Assembly: GCA_964016885.1 (NCBI GenBank)
Contig: OZ024742.1
Coordinates: 339,388,001 to 339,452,000 of the forward strand
Source of the DNA: Eledone cirrhosa
Lineage: Eukaryota
Direction: 5' to 3'
Length of the DNA stretch: 64,000 nucleotides
The translations under genes and the position numbers were made by a program. This document shows positions 1 to 12,237 of this stretch, piece by piece; the first letter of the stretch is position 1, and every line of letters begins with the position of its first letter. Below the pieces are notes generated by a model. The model was given only the letters and a program-made list of their open reading frames with translations, was not told the origin of the DNA and searched no databases.

Positions 1-1438
1 ACGTTGTAGAAAGTATATCTGGTACAATCCTATTTTTAATGCCTCGATTAGTACAAAACTATCTCTTTCATTCTTTAAGTTAATCAACAAACACTTCCCT
101 AGTTCCCATAAATACAGCAAAATTCTGAACTCTAAAACTATTAGACTATCATACTCCACGGCACCAAACCTTGAAGCATACATAAAAAAAACTTAACTTA
201 AGGCAATTAAACAACTCTACAAAACAAAACATTTTAGTAACAGATGGGCAGAACGCAATATCTGCCTCCCAACCACTAAATGGGAGACGGGTATTACACA
301 ACCCACCTGTACCGCTATCACAACCTATCCATGGTATACCCGCTACCCACAACAAAGAATGTAACTGCCATCTACCTGAAAGATGTCCATTGAAGAATGA
401 ATGCCTAAAGTCCAACATTGTTTACCAATGCACGGTTGAATCGAACGACCAGAAATGGTATTATATCGGATCTACCACCACATCATTTAAATCTCGCTGG
501 TACCGTCATCGATTCTCAATCAAACATCCGAATCACCGTTTTGTGACCACGCTCGCCAACAAGACCTGGCAACTCCGTGAACACAACCAACAGTTCACCT
601 TAAAATGGGATATACTTTCCAGCGCAAGTGCATATTGGAGTGGATTGAAGTACTGCAGGTTATGTAACCTTGAGCTCTTTTACATATTAAAATCCCAAAA
701 CAAACTACTTAACGATAGAATTGAACGATCATTATACTGCAACCACAAACTAAAAGCTAAATTCTCTCACTATAAAATAACTTAACATTCGAACCCGTAA
801 CTATAACACCACTTTCTAGCTAACAACCTTCTCTTCCCCCCACATACAAGACAATACACTGTTTATCACTATACATGGTAACTCAGTGCAATTCCTAGAT
901 TACTACTACAAACCCAAAGTTCACTCACCACACATACTTTGTCTGTCCCCTCTCTACCTATCTCTCTCTACATCCATTACACACTCTCTCTCTCACCTTT
1001 GACCTACCTCCCTCTCAACATCTATGAACCTGCTCTCTGGGGCAATAAATAATTCCGACCTTAACTATCAACGCATCTCTCCAAAAGTAACCAGTATAAT
1101 AAAACCCCTACCATAACATTTTGATTAAGATATCTACAAGCCACTCTCTCCTACTTCTCCAACCCCTGCATATCTTTCTTTCTCTCTCCCTCTTCCCTAC
1201 TTTTCTCTCTTCCTTTTCTACTCCATCTTCCCCAACAACCCCACTTAAGGGTATTTACATTGTACATTTACCATCCTGCTCTGAGGAAACAGTGGTCACA
1301 GCATTGGATATTCGAGTTCTGCAAGTACTTGTGAATTTGCACGTAGCATAACTAGGCTGCAGTACCACCGTGGAAACACTTGTAAGCACACGGAATAAAT
1401 TACCTTTTTATGATGTCTACCTGTTATTATTCATTCTT
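1..1438 (+). mobile_element. 3' part of a Naiad-type Penelope-like element: frameshifted linker/GIY-YIG ORF end, 3' UTR and hammerhead
   Basis: Frame from nt 2 reads RKYIWYNPIFNASISTK...NKHFPSSHKYSKILNSKTIRLSYSTAPNL and shifts at the A-run near 185. Downstream it reads CNCHLPERCPLKNECLKSNIVYQC...YYIGST...FKSRW...LKWDIL...CRLCNLE (to 785), homologous to the ORF at 3375-5834. The element ends at (TA)n. Confidence 0.9.
1277..1388 (+). ncRNA. Type I hammerhead ribozyme with long stem II insertion
   Basis: tgct-CTGAGGA-a-acagtggt..(~65 nt)..accaccgt-g-GAAAC-actt-GTA-agca; stem I tgct/agca. Confidence 0.75.
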
Positions 1439-1460
1439 TATATATATATATATATATATG

Positions 1461-1503
<43 letters not shown>

Positions 1504-1505
1504 AT

Positions 1506-1572
<67 letters not shown>

Positions 1573-1578
1573 CATATA

Positions 1579-1622
<44 letters not shown>

Positions 1623-1649
1623 TACATACATATATATATACATGCATAC

Positions 1650-1700
<51 letters not shown>

Positions 1701-1703
1701 CAT

Positions 1704-1762
<59 letters not shown>

Positions 1763-1768
1763 CATATA

Positions 1769-1808
<40 letters not shown>

Positions 1809-1814
1809 CATATA

Positions 1815-1845
<31 letters not shown>
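1439..1845. repeat. (TA)n microsatellite. Similar arrays at ~9385-9560, 9848-9996, 10365-10563, 11500-12392, 13000-13125, 14520-15823, 19386-19732, 20095-20522, 22212-22443, 23380-23703, 24056-24403, 25100-25278 and 26047-26128
   Basis: Direct reading; these arrays produce the spurious YIYI ORFs. Confidence 0.98.
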
Positions 1846-1852
<7 letters not shown>

Positions 1853-1883
1853 AAGAATCAAAGAACAGTTCAAAACATTATTG

Positions 1884-1930
1884 TGCTTACAGCTGTTTCC
1901 TCCAAACCGAGGTTTGGATTCTTCGGAGCA
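1884..1930 (-). ncRNA. Minimal type I hammerhead ribozyme (3' pLTR)
   Basis: Minus strand: tgct-CCGAAGA-a-tccaaacc-tc-ggtttgga-g-GAAAC-agct-GTA-agca; palindromic stem III. Confidence 0.85.
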
Positions 1931-3374
1931 ATTTATTAATGCATGGACAGTTATATGACCTCCTTTTCAGCCGAGAGATATACCAATACATATTCAAACA
2001 TTGATACATATTCAAACATTGTGGGTCAACATTCATTACAGAATTTAGAGTGGCAGTACACACTTCGAGATTACATTTATATTAATAGGTACAATCAAAA
2101 ATCAAAGATATAGGTTAAAGTACAACATGAAGATAAGTGGTTATATAGTGCAAATGTTATATGTGTGGCACGCATGTGCGTCTTGTTTATATAGTGTGGC
2201 AGAGAGATATGTGTGGTAGAGGCACTTAGGTAGGTAAATAAGAGTGTTAGGTTGGTAGATCTGGTGGCAAAGTCTTTATATGATTGATGTAGTCTGTGTG
2301 TGGAGAAATATTATAAGCATTAAAGATAGTGCAAGCATTAAAAGTGTTATAAGTATTGGAGATGCACAGCGCAGGGATGTCAAGTAATTCATGTACTTCG
2401 GCATTTTCATGGTCAAGGGAGTGTATATTTCGATTATATGCCTTTCACATAATCCACGACAATCCAGTTAGAGATCGTAGTCTGGTGTTCTTTAGTTCGA
2501 TACAGGAGGTTGTTACGTTTCGAGAAACGCCATTGAATACCGGAAGAGTGTGTGTGGCTAAGGGGAGTTAATGCATGCGGGGAGGTAACTCTGGGGTTTC
2601 CATATCTAGCCATTAAAATGTGTCCCAATATAGACCCTAAAATTCTATGGTGAGGTGCACCTTCCAAGAGAGACTTTTAAAGCATAAAGTGTACTAACTA
2701 TAGAGTAGTTTAACTAAATTATGCTGAAGGTGATCATATTATTATTAAGGTGGATTAACCCATCATAAGGTGCTACAAATGGAAATTATAGATGATGAGC
2801 GAGGATTCTAAATTAATGATCTCTGTGGTTGTAGTCTGCTCATATGGCCAGGCGCGGTGATTGCAGGATTGCTTCAGGACCCAATGATCTCTGGTAAGAT
2901 CTGGGTCATCACTTGCTACATTGGATGTCGAAAGATAATCGTCCCCAGGCAGGCCAAAGGTCAATCCGCAGTCCTCGCGACCCCTCTCTGACCGTCAGAT
3001 CATCCATATACGTACAACCCGCACGGCAGTTGCATTGCATTCACTCACTGCGCTCCGCAGCCCGGTCCTACTGGTCAACAGCGCTACTCGATTAAATCAT
3101 TTTACATCTGTCTAAGGAAGGTGTTTCCTCTGCCCAACACCATCCAACCGATCAATTCATGCTCAAATTACCCTTAGAGCGGTGTAGTGCCGTCCAAGTG
3201 GGTGGATGTTGTCACACCTGCCGTAGAGGTATAAATGGGTATTTTCCCTGCGAAGGGTTCCAGAGGGATGTCGTTGTTTGTGTTATAATGGATCAGCTAG
3301 TGTTGGGTATGTAGTATAGGGTGTGTCTCTGGTGTTTGATGCTAGATGTGGTGTTAGGTTCCAGTCCGACATTG

Positions 3375-5834
3375 CTATATATAGGGCTTAAAGTTTTGGA
3401 AGGAATGTCTGAGGCGGTGCTGGCAAGTTGCAAACACCTCAGATTTTTTGTTAAGTAGGTTACGGTTGGAGAAGATAATATTGTGTGTCTCTAGTATACA
3501 GAGGTTACAGAATTTATTAGGTGGTTTGTACGAGGTCGCGCTGCCTATCACTTCCCATTTGAGTGTGTATGGTTTATTTTTAGATTTTAGATAGTGTATG
3601 TAGCTAGAAAGTGAGGTGGAGTTGGCTAGGCTGTGCTTTTTGAACGAGTGGATGTGCGAGTTATATCTGATTTTGAAGCAGTTAGAAGTGGAGCCTACAT
3701 AGGTTTCTGAAGAGTTATTAGTCGTGACTGTGCATGAGTATATGACATCCTTGGTTAGGCATTTTTTATCTAAAGGGCAGGTTCTATTAGCTCTACAGTT
3801 ACAATTATTCTGTGCGTTAGTCCGCTGGTTATAATGCAATGCGGAAGTCTGTGTGGTGGATATAGGATTTTGGGTGTTCGGGTTGACAACCCTGGTGTTA
3901 TTACTTATACTAGTGTTATTTCTATTGTTACTGCCGTTGCTATTGTTGCTTGCTACAGTGGTATTTAGAGGGTTTGCATCCCGTTGTGATTTTGTTTGTT
4001 GGAAGTAAGAACTAATTTTACTATTATTGCTGCTAGCTATGTGGTATGCTAAGTTAGGCGTCGTAGAGTAAGAGATTTTAATGGTGTTTTTGTTTAAGAG
4101 GTTGTGGTACTTGTGTCCTAGAGGGAAGTTTTTATCTAGTAGCGAGAAGAAAGCCCTAGGTATGTTGGTGGAGACATTTAGGTTGAAAGGAGGGTTGAAA
4201 AATGTATTATTTCTTCTTCTATTTTTGCTTTTAGTGTTTGGTGTGTTGCTTCCTCCTAAGGCCTCACAGTAGTTTCCATGGTAATGGTTACTTCCGGTGG
4301 CACCCTCCGCTTTGGTGCACTTGTGGTTGCTATTCCTATTATTAGATTTCCTCATGGACATGTTGTGCGAGATGATGTTGTAGCTATGTGTTTTCTTAGG
4401 TAGGAACTCAATTTCTATATTATGGCCGGAGCTAGCTAATGCTTGATTATAATATTGTGAGTTTTTGCTAAATATGTTTGCGTCATAGGACAGACTAGAG
4501 ATTCTATTGGACACCCCCTTAGAGATAGAGTTTAATATTGATCTAGGGTGATTAGACTTGGTATCTACGTAAATAAGTTTCTCATTAGGCTTATGGAAAG
4601 GTGTATATATTTTTGAGTCTAGGTATAGTGTGGCGTCTAGGAAGTTAACATTTTTAGTGTTTTTGTCCATGGTGATACTAAGGTTAAAGTTTTTGAATGT
4701 CTTATGCAGTTGTTTTCTAGTTCTTTCTATATTAAATTTTTTATATTCTATGAGTAGAAGTGCATCATCGCGGTACAAACCACCGTTGAGGTAAGGGAGG
4801 TCTTTATGGATTTCATTGAGGAGGTATAGGCCGACCAAATCAGTGACCTGCGCCGAGTCACTAGATCCCATGGTTATGTCGAAGTTGTTGTGCGTATCCT
4901 TGCGTGTCCATAGTTGGTCCTCGAAGGTGATTATGGTTTTACGGGCCGCAAGGATGACATCAACCTGGGCTCTAGTCAGGTCGCTATTGGCCATGGCCAT
5001 GATAAGTGCCTTATTTAATAGGATAGGGGAAATAGAGGTGTAGTATGAATTGATATCAAATTGAATAAATTTTTTGTTCTTATTATTCTTGATATCCTTA
5101 AACCATTCAATTACTTCACCCGTATTTCCCCATTGTTTAAGGTGTATCTTGTGTTTAATTTGTGGGATGATTTTATCCAAAATCTTCTTGCTGATAATAC
5201 CAATGTCGGACTTGGAAGGGCAGATAAGTCTTATCGTGGGGTTGCTGATGAAGTTCTCCTTATGGTCCTTCAGAGAGAATCTAGGGGGGTTCGGAGTGAA
5301 AGGTTGTGTATGCCTCTGTAGTCCTAGTTTAGACACTATATTATAACCCTCTACATTAATATCTTCTAAGTTTTTCAAGGTGGTTTTTTTGTAGCTTTTA
5401 TGTAGTTCATTATATATAAACTTTCTATAAGTAATATAATCTAGGCTGTATATGTTATTAGTTTTATCTGCGTGTACAATAATTTTATTACTAGTTTTGA
5501 ATCCACTAATAGAAGTGTTAAGTTTGTTTAAGAAGGTGTTGCTTCTAATATGGTGCTTATTGTATTTAATGTTCTTAACTAGTTTAACTAGGTCATTTTC
5601 AAAGGAGTTAAGTAGAGTGTTATGAGGGGGGCTTTTAAAGGTTTTAAAGCCGAAGGAGTCAAAATTGTTAGTATTATTCAAGTTGTTAGATTTGTTTCTA
5701 TCATAATGGAATGTCCTCCATCTCACTCTATTGATAAATGAATTTACACTGTTGATCAGCAATTTCTCATATGTATTCCTGGATGGTATTGGTATGTTCT
5801 TGGTTGACATGGGGAGTTGGTCTTTGATTAGCAT
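3375..5834 (-). CDS. PLE polyprotein: reverse transcriptase, Cys-rich linker and GIY-YIG endonuclease (819 aa, uninterrupted)
   Basis: RT motifs ADKT, QFDINSYYTSI, ITMGS...DLVGLYLL, GLYRDDAL, VNFLD, SNHP; linker CNCRANRTCPLDKKC; endonuclease VIYSC...YVGST...FKIRY...LKWEVI...CNLCILE. Confidence 0.95.
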   Translation of the reverse strand: MLIKDQLPMSTKNIPIPSRNTYEKLLINSVNSFINRVRWRTFHYDRNKSNNLNNTNNFDSFGFKTFKSPPHNTLLNSFENDLVKLVKNIKYNKHHIRSNTFLNKLNTSISGFKTSNKIIVHADKTNNIYSLDYITYRKFIYNELHKSYKKTTLKNLEDINVEGYNIVSKLGLQRHTQPFTPNPPRFSLKDHKENFISNPTIRLICPSKSDIGIISKKILDKIIPQIKHKIHLKQWGNTGEVIEWFKDIKNNKNKKFIQFDINSYYTSISPILLNKALIMAMANSDLTRAQVDVILAARKTIITFEDQLWTRKDTHNNFDITMGSSDSAQVTDLVGLYLLNEIHKDLPYLNGGLYRDDALLLIEYKKFNIERTRKQLHKTFKNFNLSITMDKNTKNVNFLDATLYLDSKIYTPFHKPNEKLIYVDTKSNHPRSILNSISKGVSNRISSLSYDANIFSKNSQYYNQALASSGHNIEIEFLPKKTHSYNIISHNMSMRKSNNRNSNHKCTKAEGATGSNHYHGNYCEALGGSNTPNTKSKNRRRNNTFFNPPFNLNVSTNIPRAFFSLLDKNFPLGHKYHNLLNKNTIKISYSTTPNLAYHIASSNNSKISSYFQQTKSQRDANPLNTTVASNNSNGSNNRNNTSISNNTRVVNPNTQNPISTTQTSALHYNQRTNAQNNCNCRANRTCPLDKKCLTKDVIYSCTVTTNNSSETYVGSTSNCFKIRYNSHIHSFKKHSLANSTSLSSYIHYLKSKNKPYTLKWEVIGSATSYKPPNKFCNLCILETHNIIFSNRNLLNKKSEVFATCQHRLRHSFQNFKPYI

Positions 5835-6083
5835 ATTGGCAATATTATATGTCAGCTCAACGATATGGAGCAGTTAATAGTATTAGTTATACTATTTATG
5901 GTTATGTAAACACAAAACCTTAAGCAGTTGTAAGTATTTTACACACACCCTAAATAGTGGTAGGCAGTAATGTATTACTACCTTATTACCAGTAAGTTAA
6001 GTAGCTCAATGTAAAAACATCAGATGATTTACAGAGCAGTTATATGAAATATAAGAATCAAAGAACTGTTCAAAACATTATTG

Positions 6084-6130
6084 TGCTTACAGCTGTTTCC
6101 TCCAAACCGAGGTTTGGATTCTTCGGAGCA
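6084..6130 (-). ncRNA. Minimal type I hammerhead ribozyme (5' pLTR), identical to 1884-1930
   Basis: Same sequence, offset 4200 nt. Confidence 0.85.
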
Positions 6131-6390
6131 ATTTATTAATGCATGGACAGTTATATGACCTCCTTTTCAGCCGAGAGACATACCAATACATATTCAAACA
6201 TTGATACATATTCAAACATTGTGGGTCAACATTCATTACAGAATTTAGAGTGGCAGTACACACTTCGAGATTACATTTATATTAATAGGTACAATCAAAA
6301 ATCAAAGATATAGGTTAAAGTACAACATGAAGATAAGTGGTTATATAGTGCAAATGTTATATGTGTGGCACGCATGTGCGTCTTGTTTAT

Positions 6391-9384
6391 ATGTACAAAA
6401 ACACTAAAAATGTTAACTTCCTAGACGCCACACTATACCTAGACTCAAAAATATATACACCTTTCCATAAGCCTAATGAGAAACTTATTTACGTAGATAC
6501 CAAGTCTAATCACCCTAGATCAATATTAAACTCTATCTCTAAGGGGGTGTCCAATAGAATCTCTAGTCTGTCCTATGACGCAAACATATTTAGCAAAAAC
6601 TCACAATATTATAATCAAGCATTAGCTAGCTCCGGCCATAATATAGAAATTGAGTTCCTACCTAAGAAAACACATAGCTACAACATCATCTCGCACAACA
6701 TGTCCATGAGGAAATCTAATAATAGGAATAGCAACCACAAGTGCACCAAAGCGGAGGGTGCCACCGGAAGTAACCATTACCATGGAAACTACTGTGAGGC
6801 CTTAGGAGGAAGCAACACACCAAACACTAAAAGCAAAAATAGAAGAAGAAATAATACATTTTTCAACCCTCCTTTCAACCTAAATGTCTCCACCAACATA
6901 CCTAGGGCTTTCTTCTCACTACTAGATAAAAACTTCCCTCTAGGACACAAGTACCACAACCTCTTAAACAAAAACACCATTAAAATCTCTTACTCTACGA
7001 CGCCTAACTTAGCATACCACATAGCTAGCAGCAATAATAGTAAAATTAGTTCTTACTTCCAACAAACAAAATCACAACGGGATGCAAACCCTCTAAATAC
7101 CACTGTAGCAAGCAACAATAGCAACGGCAGTAACAATAGAAATAACACTAGTATAAGTAATAACACCAGGGTTGTCAACCCGAACACCCAAAATCCTATA
7201 TCCACCACACAGACTTCCGCATTGCATTATAACCAGCGGACTAACGCACAGAATAATTGTAACTGTAGAGCTAATAGAACCTGCCCTTTAGATAAAAAAT
7301 GCCTAACCAAGGATGTCATATACTCATGCACAGTCACGACTAATAACTCTTCAGAAACCTATGTAGGCTCCACTTCTAACTGCTTCAAAATCAGATATAA
7401 CTCGCACATCCACTCGTTCAAAAAGCACAGCCTAGCCAACTCCACCTCACTTTCTAGCTACATACACTATCTAAAATCTAAAAATAAACCATACACACTC
7501 AAATGGGAAGTGATAGGCAGCGCGACCTCGTACAAACCACCTAATAAATTCTGTAACCTCTGTATACTAGAGACACACAATATTATCTTCTCCAACCGTA
7601 ACCTACTTAACAAAAAATCTGAGGTGTTTGCAACTTGCCAGCACCGCCTCAGACATTCCTTCCAAAACTTTAAGCCCTATATATAGCAATGTCGGACTGG
7701 AACCTAACACCACATCTAGCATCAAACACCAGAGACACACCCTATACTACATACCCAACACTAGCTGATCCATTATAACACAAACAACGACATCCCTCTG
7801 GAACCCTTCGCAGGGAAAATACCCATTTATACCTCTACGGCAGGTGTGACAACATCCACCCACTTGGACGGCACTACACCGCTCTAAGGGTAATTTGAGC
7901 ATGAATTGATCGGTTGGATGGTGTTGGGCAGAGGAAACACCTTCCTTAGACAGATGTAAAATGATTTAATCGAGTAGCGCTGTTGACCAGTAGGACCGGG
8001 CTGCGGAGCGCAGTGAGTGAATGCAATGCAACTGCCGTGCGGGTTGTACGTATATGGATGATCTGACGGTCAGAGAGGGGTCGCGAGGACTGCGGATTGA
8101 CCTTTGGCCTGCCTGGGGACGATTATCTTTCGACATCCAATGTAGCAAGTGATGACCCAGATCTTACCAGAGATCATTGGGTCCTGAAGCAATCCTGCAA
8201 TCACCGCGCCTGGCCATATGAGCAGACTACAACCACAGAGATCATTAATTTAGAATCCTCGCTCATCATCTATAATTTCCATTTGTAGCACCTTATGATG
8301 GGTTAATCCACCTTAATAATAATATGATCACCTTCAGCATAATTTAGTTAAACTACTCTATAGTTAGTACACTTTATGCTTTAAAAGTCTCTCTTGGAAG
8401 GTGCACCTCACCATAGAATTTTAGGGTCTATATTGGGACACATTTTAATGGCTAGATATGGAAACCCCAGAGTTACCTCCCCGCATGCATTAACTCCCCT
8501 TAGCCACACACACTCTTCCGGTATTCAATGGCGTTTCTCGAAACGTAACAACCTCCTGTATCGAACTAAAGAACACCAGACTACGATCTCTAACTGGATT
8601 GTCGTGGATTATGTGAAAGGCATATAATCGAAATATACACTCCCTTGACCATGAAAATGCCGAAGTACATGAATTACTTGACATCCCTGCGCTGTGCATC
8701 TCCAATACTTATAACACTTTTAATGCTTGCACTATCTTTAATGCTTATAATATTTCTCCACACACAGACTACATCAATCATATAAAGACTTTGCCACCAG
8801 ATCTACCAACCTAACACTCTTATTTACCTACCTAAGTGCCTCTACCACACATATCTCTCTGCCACACTATATAAACAAGACGCACATGCGTGCCACACAT
8901 ATAACATTTGCACTATATAACCACTTATCTTCATGTTGTACTTTAACCTATATCTTTGATTTTTGATTGTACCTATTAATATAAATGTAATCTCGAAGTG
9001 TGTACTGCCACTCTAAATTCTGTAATGAATGTTGACCCACAATGTTTGAATATGTATCAATGTTTGAATATGTATTGGTATGTCTCTCGGCTGAAAAGGA
9101 GGTCATATAACTGTCCATGCATTAATAAATTGCTCCGAAGAATCCAAACCTCGGTTTGGAGGAAACAGCTGTAAGCACAATAATGTTTTGAACAGTTCTT
9201 TGATTCTTATATTTCATATAACTGCTCTGTAAATCATCTGATGTTTTTACATTGAGCTACTTAACTTACTGGTAATAAGGTAGTAATACATTACTGCCTA
9301 CCACTATTTAGGGTGTGTGTAAAATACTTACAACTGCTTAAGGTTTTGTGTTTACATAACCATAAATAGTATAACTAATACTAT
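6391..9384 (+). mobile_element. Inverted, 5'-truncated second copy of the same Naiad PLE: C-terminal ORF half 6391-7686, full 3' UTR and ~165-nt extension into the 5' UTR
   Basis: Reverse complement of 4670-1841 (coordinate sum 11061), then of 6040-5877; translation matches the last ~430 aa of the intact ORF. Confidence 0.95.
9131..9177 (+). ncRNA. Minimal type I hammerhead ribozyme (third copy)
   Basis: tgctccgaagaatccaaacctcggtttggaggaaacagctgtaagca. Confidence 0.85.
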
Positions 9385-9398
9385 ATATATATATATAT

Positions 9399-9429
<31 letters not shown>

Positions 9430-9469
9430 CCTCACATATATATATATATGTACATACACTTATATATAT

Positions 9470-9565
<96 letters not shown>

Positions 9566-9761
9566 ATACTTGGGGAGGGTCATATTTACGTAATATTGCC
9601 AGAATTAATAACAGAACACACTCACTGTTTGGTTGGTTTTCGCTTCTCGCTGTCTTTTATATCTGCGATCTAACTTACTCGGTCCTCAATGTTGCCATTG
9701 ACTGACCGACGGTCAAAAATAATACAGATACAATATAGACACAAACACATATATATAGTTT

Positions 9762-9803
9762 ACATAATTTACTTTCGTTGCACATCTGCAACATCGTCAG
9801 TGG
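9762..9803 (-). ncRNA. Partly degenerate hammerhead in a short PLE-end remnant (9561-9847)
   Basis: Minus strand: cca-CTGACGA-t-gttgca-gatg-tgcaac-GAAA-gtaaat-TA-tgt; stems I and III weak. Confidence 0.6.
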
Positions 9804-9846
9804 TGTTATATTCTTTGTTCCTCCTGTTGTGTTGTATGTCGCTAAA

Positions 9847-9947
<101 letters not shown>

Positions 9948-9996
9948 AATATATATATATATATATATATATATGCATATATACATACATATATAT

Positions 9997-10364
9997 AAAA
10001 ATTAGAATTGGAGCTCTGAAATAGCAATATATATATGAATGTATATATAATGTATTTTGCAATACACTTTATGCTTAATTAAAAGCATTTTGAAGACCGT
10101 ATGCTATTGTTTTAGAGTAGTGACAAACTCACTTACTTTAATCTGAGTAGTTAGCCTTGATAAGCATCAATAAATGCGAAACAAGGCCTTGTCGGCTTAT
10201 CTCCCCTTGTTTGCTGAGATTAAAGTAAGTGAGTTTGTCACTACTCTAAAACAATAGCATACGGTCTTCAAAATGCTTTTAATTAAGCATAAAGTGTATT
10301 GCAAAATACATTATATATACATTCATATATATATTGCTATTTCAGAGCTCCAATTCTAATTTTT
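9997..10364. repeat. Inverted repeat (~148-bp arms 9997-10144 / 10217-10364) of a PLE terminus with a hammerhead in the spacer
   Basis: Arms are reverse complements; flanked on both sides by (TA)n. Confidence 0.9.
10153..10197 (+). ncRNA. Type I hammerhead, U3-A8 core variant
   Basis: agcc-TTGATAA-gcat-caataa-atgc-GAAAC-aaggcctt-GTC-ggct. Confidence 0.85.
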
Positions 10365-10389
10365 ATATATATGTATGTATATATGTATG

Positions 10390-10565
<176 letters not shown>

Positions 10566-10653
10566 ATGTAAAATTTGAACAGGAAGAAAACAGAGAGGCA
10601 GTACAACGAATGTTTATTAATTTCACGCTCTGGAGAGTGGGGTTGTGGTGGGG

Positions 10654-10687
10654 AACGACGTTTCGAGCATAAGCCTTTCATCAGGTG
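10654..10687 (-). ncRNA. Minimal hammerhead in a PLE 3' remnant (~10565-11010)
   Basis: Minus strand: cac-CTGATGA-aaggc-ttat-gctc-GAAAC-GTC-gtt, followed by AATAAA; stem I weak. Confidence 0.6.
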
Positions 10688-11238
10688 AGAAGTGTGTGGG
10701 AAGAGAGTTCAAATGGTGTGTAGGGGAGGGGTGGAGAGACATATAGCGAAAAGGGGGTGGGAAGAAACGGTGCGAATGAAATTAAAAATAAAAATAAAAA
10801 TAAAGCATGATCAAAATAAAATGAAATGAAATAAAAATAAATATAAAAGCATGATCAAAATAAACTGAAATTAAAAAGGGGGAAAACAGGTGGTGGAATG
10901 GTGTGGGTGTGTAGGTGTGGTGGCGAGTGGAGTGTCGAGAAGGAGACGGGGTGTCCGAGCGGGGAGGGCTGAAGGTGGTGTGTGTGTGTGTGTGTGTACG
11001 TGAAAGCAAGGGTTATATATATATGTATGTACATATATATATATATGTATGTATATATATATATATACTGCTGCTAGCAATAGCGGTGGCTAGATTGACC
11101 TACCTCCTTTTGTCTCTATCTTTGCTACGGCCCTTGATAAACCTGTTCTACATCATCCACTCTCATCCCAGGAACAGTTTTTGATAGCGCTAGTTTGTGA
11201 TTTAAATTCAGGAATTTTATATTCTTTGAATGAAAAGA

Positions 11239-11321
11239 ACCTTCTGACGAGAATCTTTCTTTGCAACGAAGGCCGTATGGTCTCCGTTTTATTTTTGGGA
11301 TTCGAAACCGATGGGTAAGGT
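11239..11321 (+). ncRNA. Type I hammerhead with extended stem II in a PLE-end remnant (~11068-11500)
   Basis: acctt-CTGACGA-gaatctt...gggattc-GAAAcc-gatg-gGTA-aggt. Confidence 0.75.
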
Positions 11322-11500
11322 AACTATAGTAGGTAAAGTCAATTTTTTAAAATTTATTTTGAAACTTTTTCATTATTTACTAAACCTTGTTTATATTTGT
11401 TCTGGCTCGTTAATTTATTAACCCGCCATTGAACCACATTGGCACTTGGTTGGACAATACATGCATACCTTGTCGCCTTGTGCGTGAAGGGACGTATTTC

Positions 11501-11669
<169 letters not shown>

Positions 11670-11705
11670 GATATATATATGTATGTATATATATATATAT
11701 ATATG

Positions 11706-11774
<69 letters not shown>

Positions 11775-11795
11775 GTATGTATATATATGTATGTT

Positions 11796-11828
<33 letters not shown>

Positions 11829-11849
11829 ATATATATATATATATGTATG

Positions 11850-11982
<133 letters not shown>

Positions 11983-12045
11983 ATATATATATATGTATGT
12001 ATATGTATATATATATGTATGTATATATATATATATATATATGTA

Positions 12046-12102
<57 letters not shown>

Positions 12103-12105
12103 ATA

Positions 12106-12174
<69 letters not shown>

Positions 12175-12205
12175 ATATATATATATGTATAAATATATAT
12201 GTATG

Positions 12206-12237
<32 letters not shown>

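Larger units (their letters stand above)
1841..6392 (-). mobile_element. Full-length Naiad-type Penelope-like retroelement with pseudo-LTRs (1841-2192 repeated at 6041-6392; monomer 4200 bp)
   Basis: Direct repeat offset by exactly 4200 nt, each copy carrying a hammerhead, flanking an intact RT-GIY-YIG ORF and a ~1.5-kb 3' UTR. Confidence 0.95.

Noticed and set aside
3375-5834. Selenoprotein-type Naiad (in-frame UGA plus SECIS)
   Set aside because: The ORF has no in-frame TGA and the linker uses Cys. The GTGATGA...CTGA hairpin at 8149-8187 resembles a kink-turn or SECIS but lacks apical AA and has no UGA to serve.
6361-6390. N-terminus MCGTHVRLVY of the 441-aa ORF
   Set aside because: Chance read-through from antisense pLTR sequence across the inversion junction.
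8040-8370. Group I intron core (P4-like tgcggattg/caatcctgca, R-like cagacta)
   Set aside because: P3/P4 spacing is wrong and there is no J4/5 AA or convincing S element; kept only as an unassigned structured domain.
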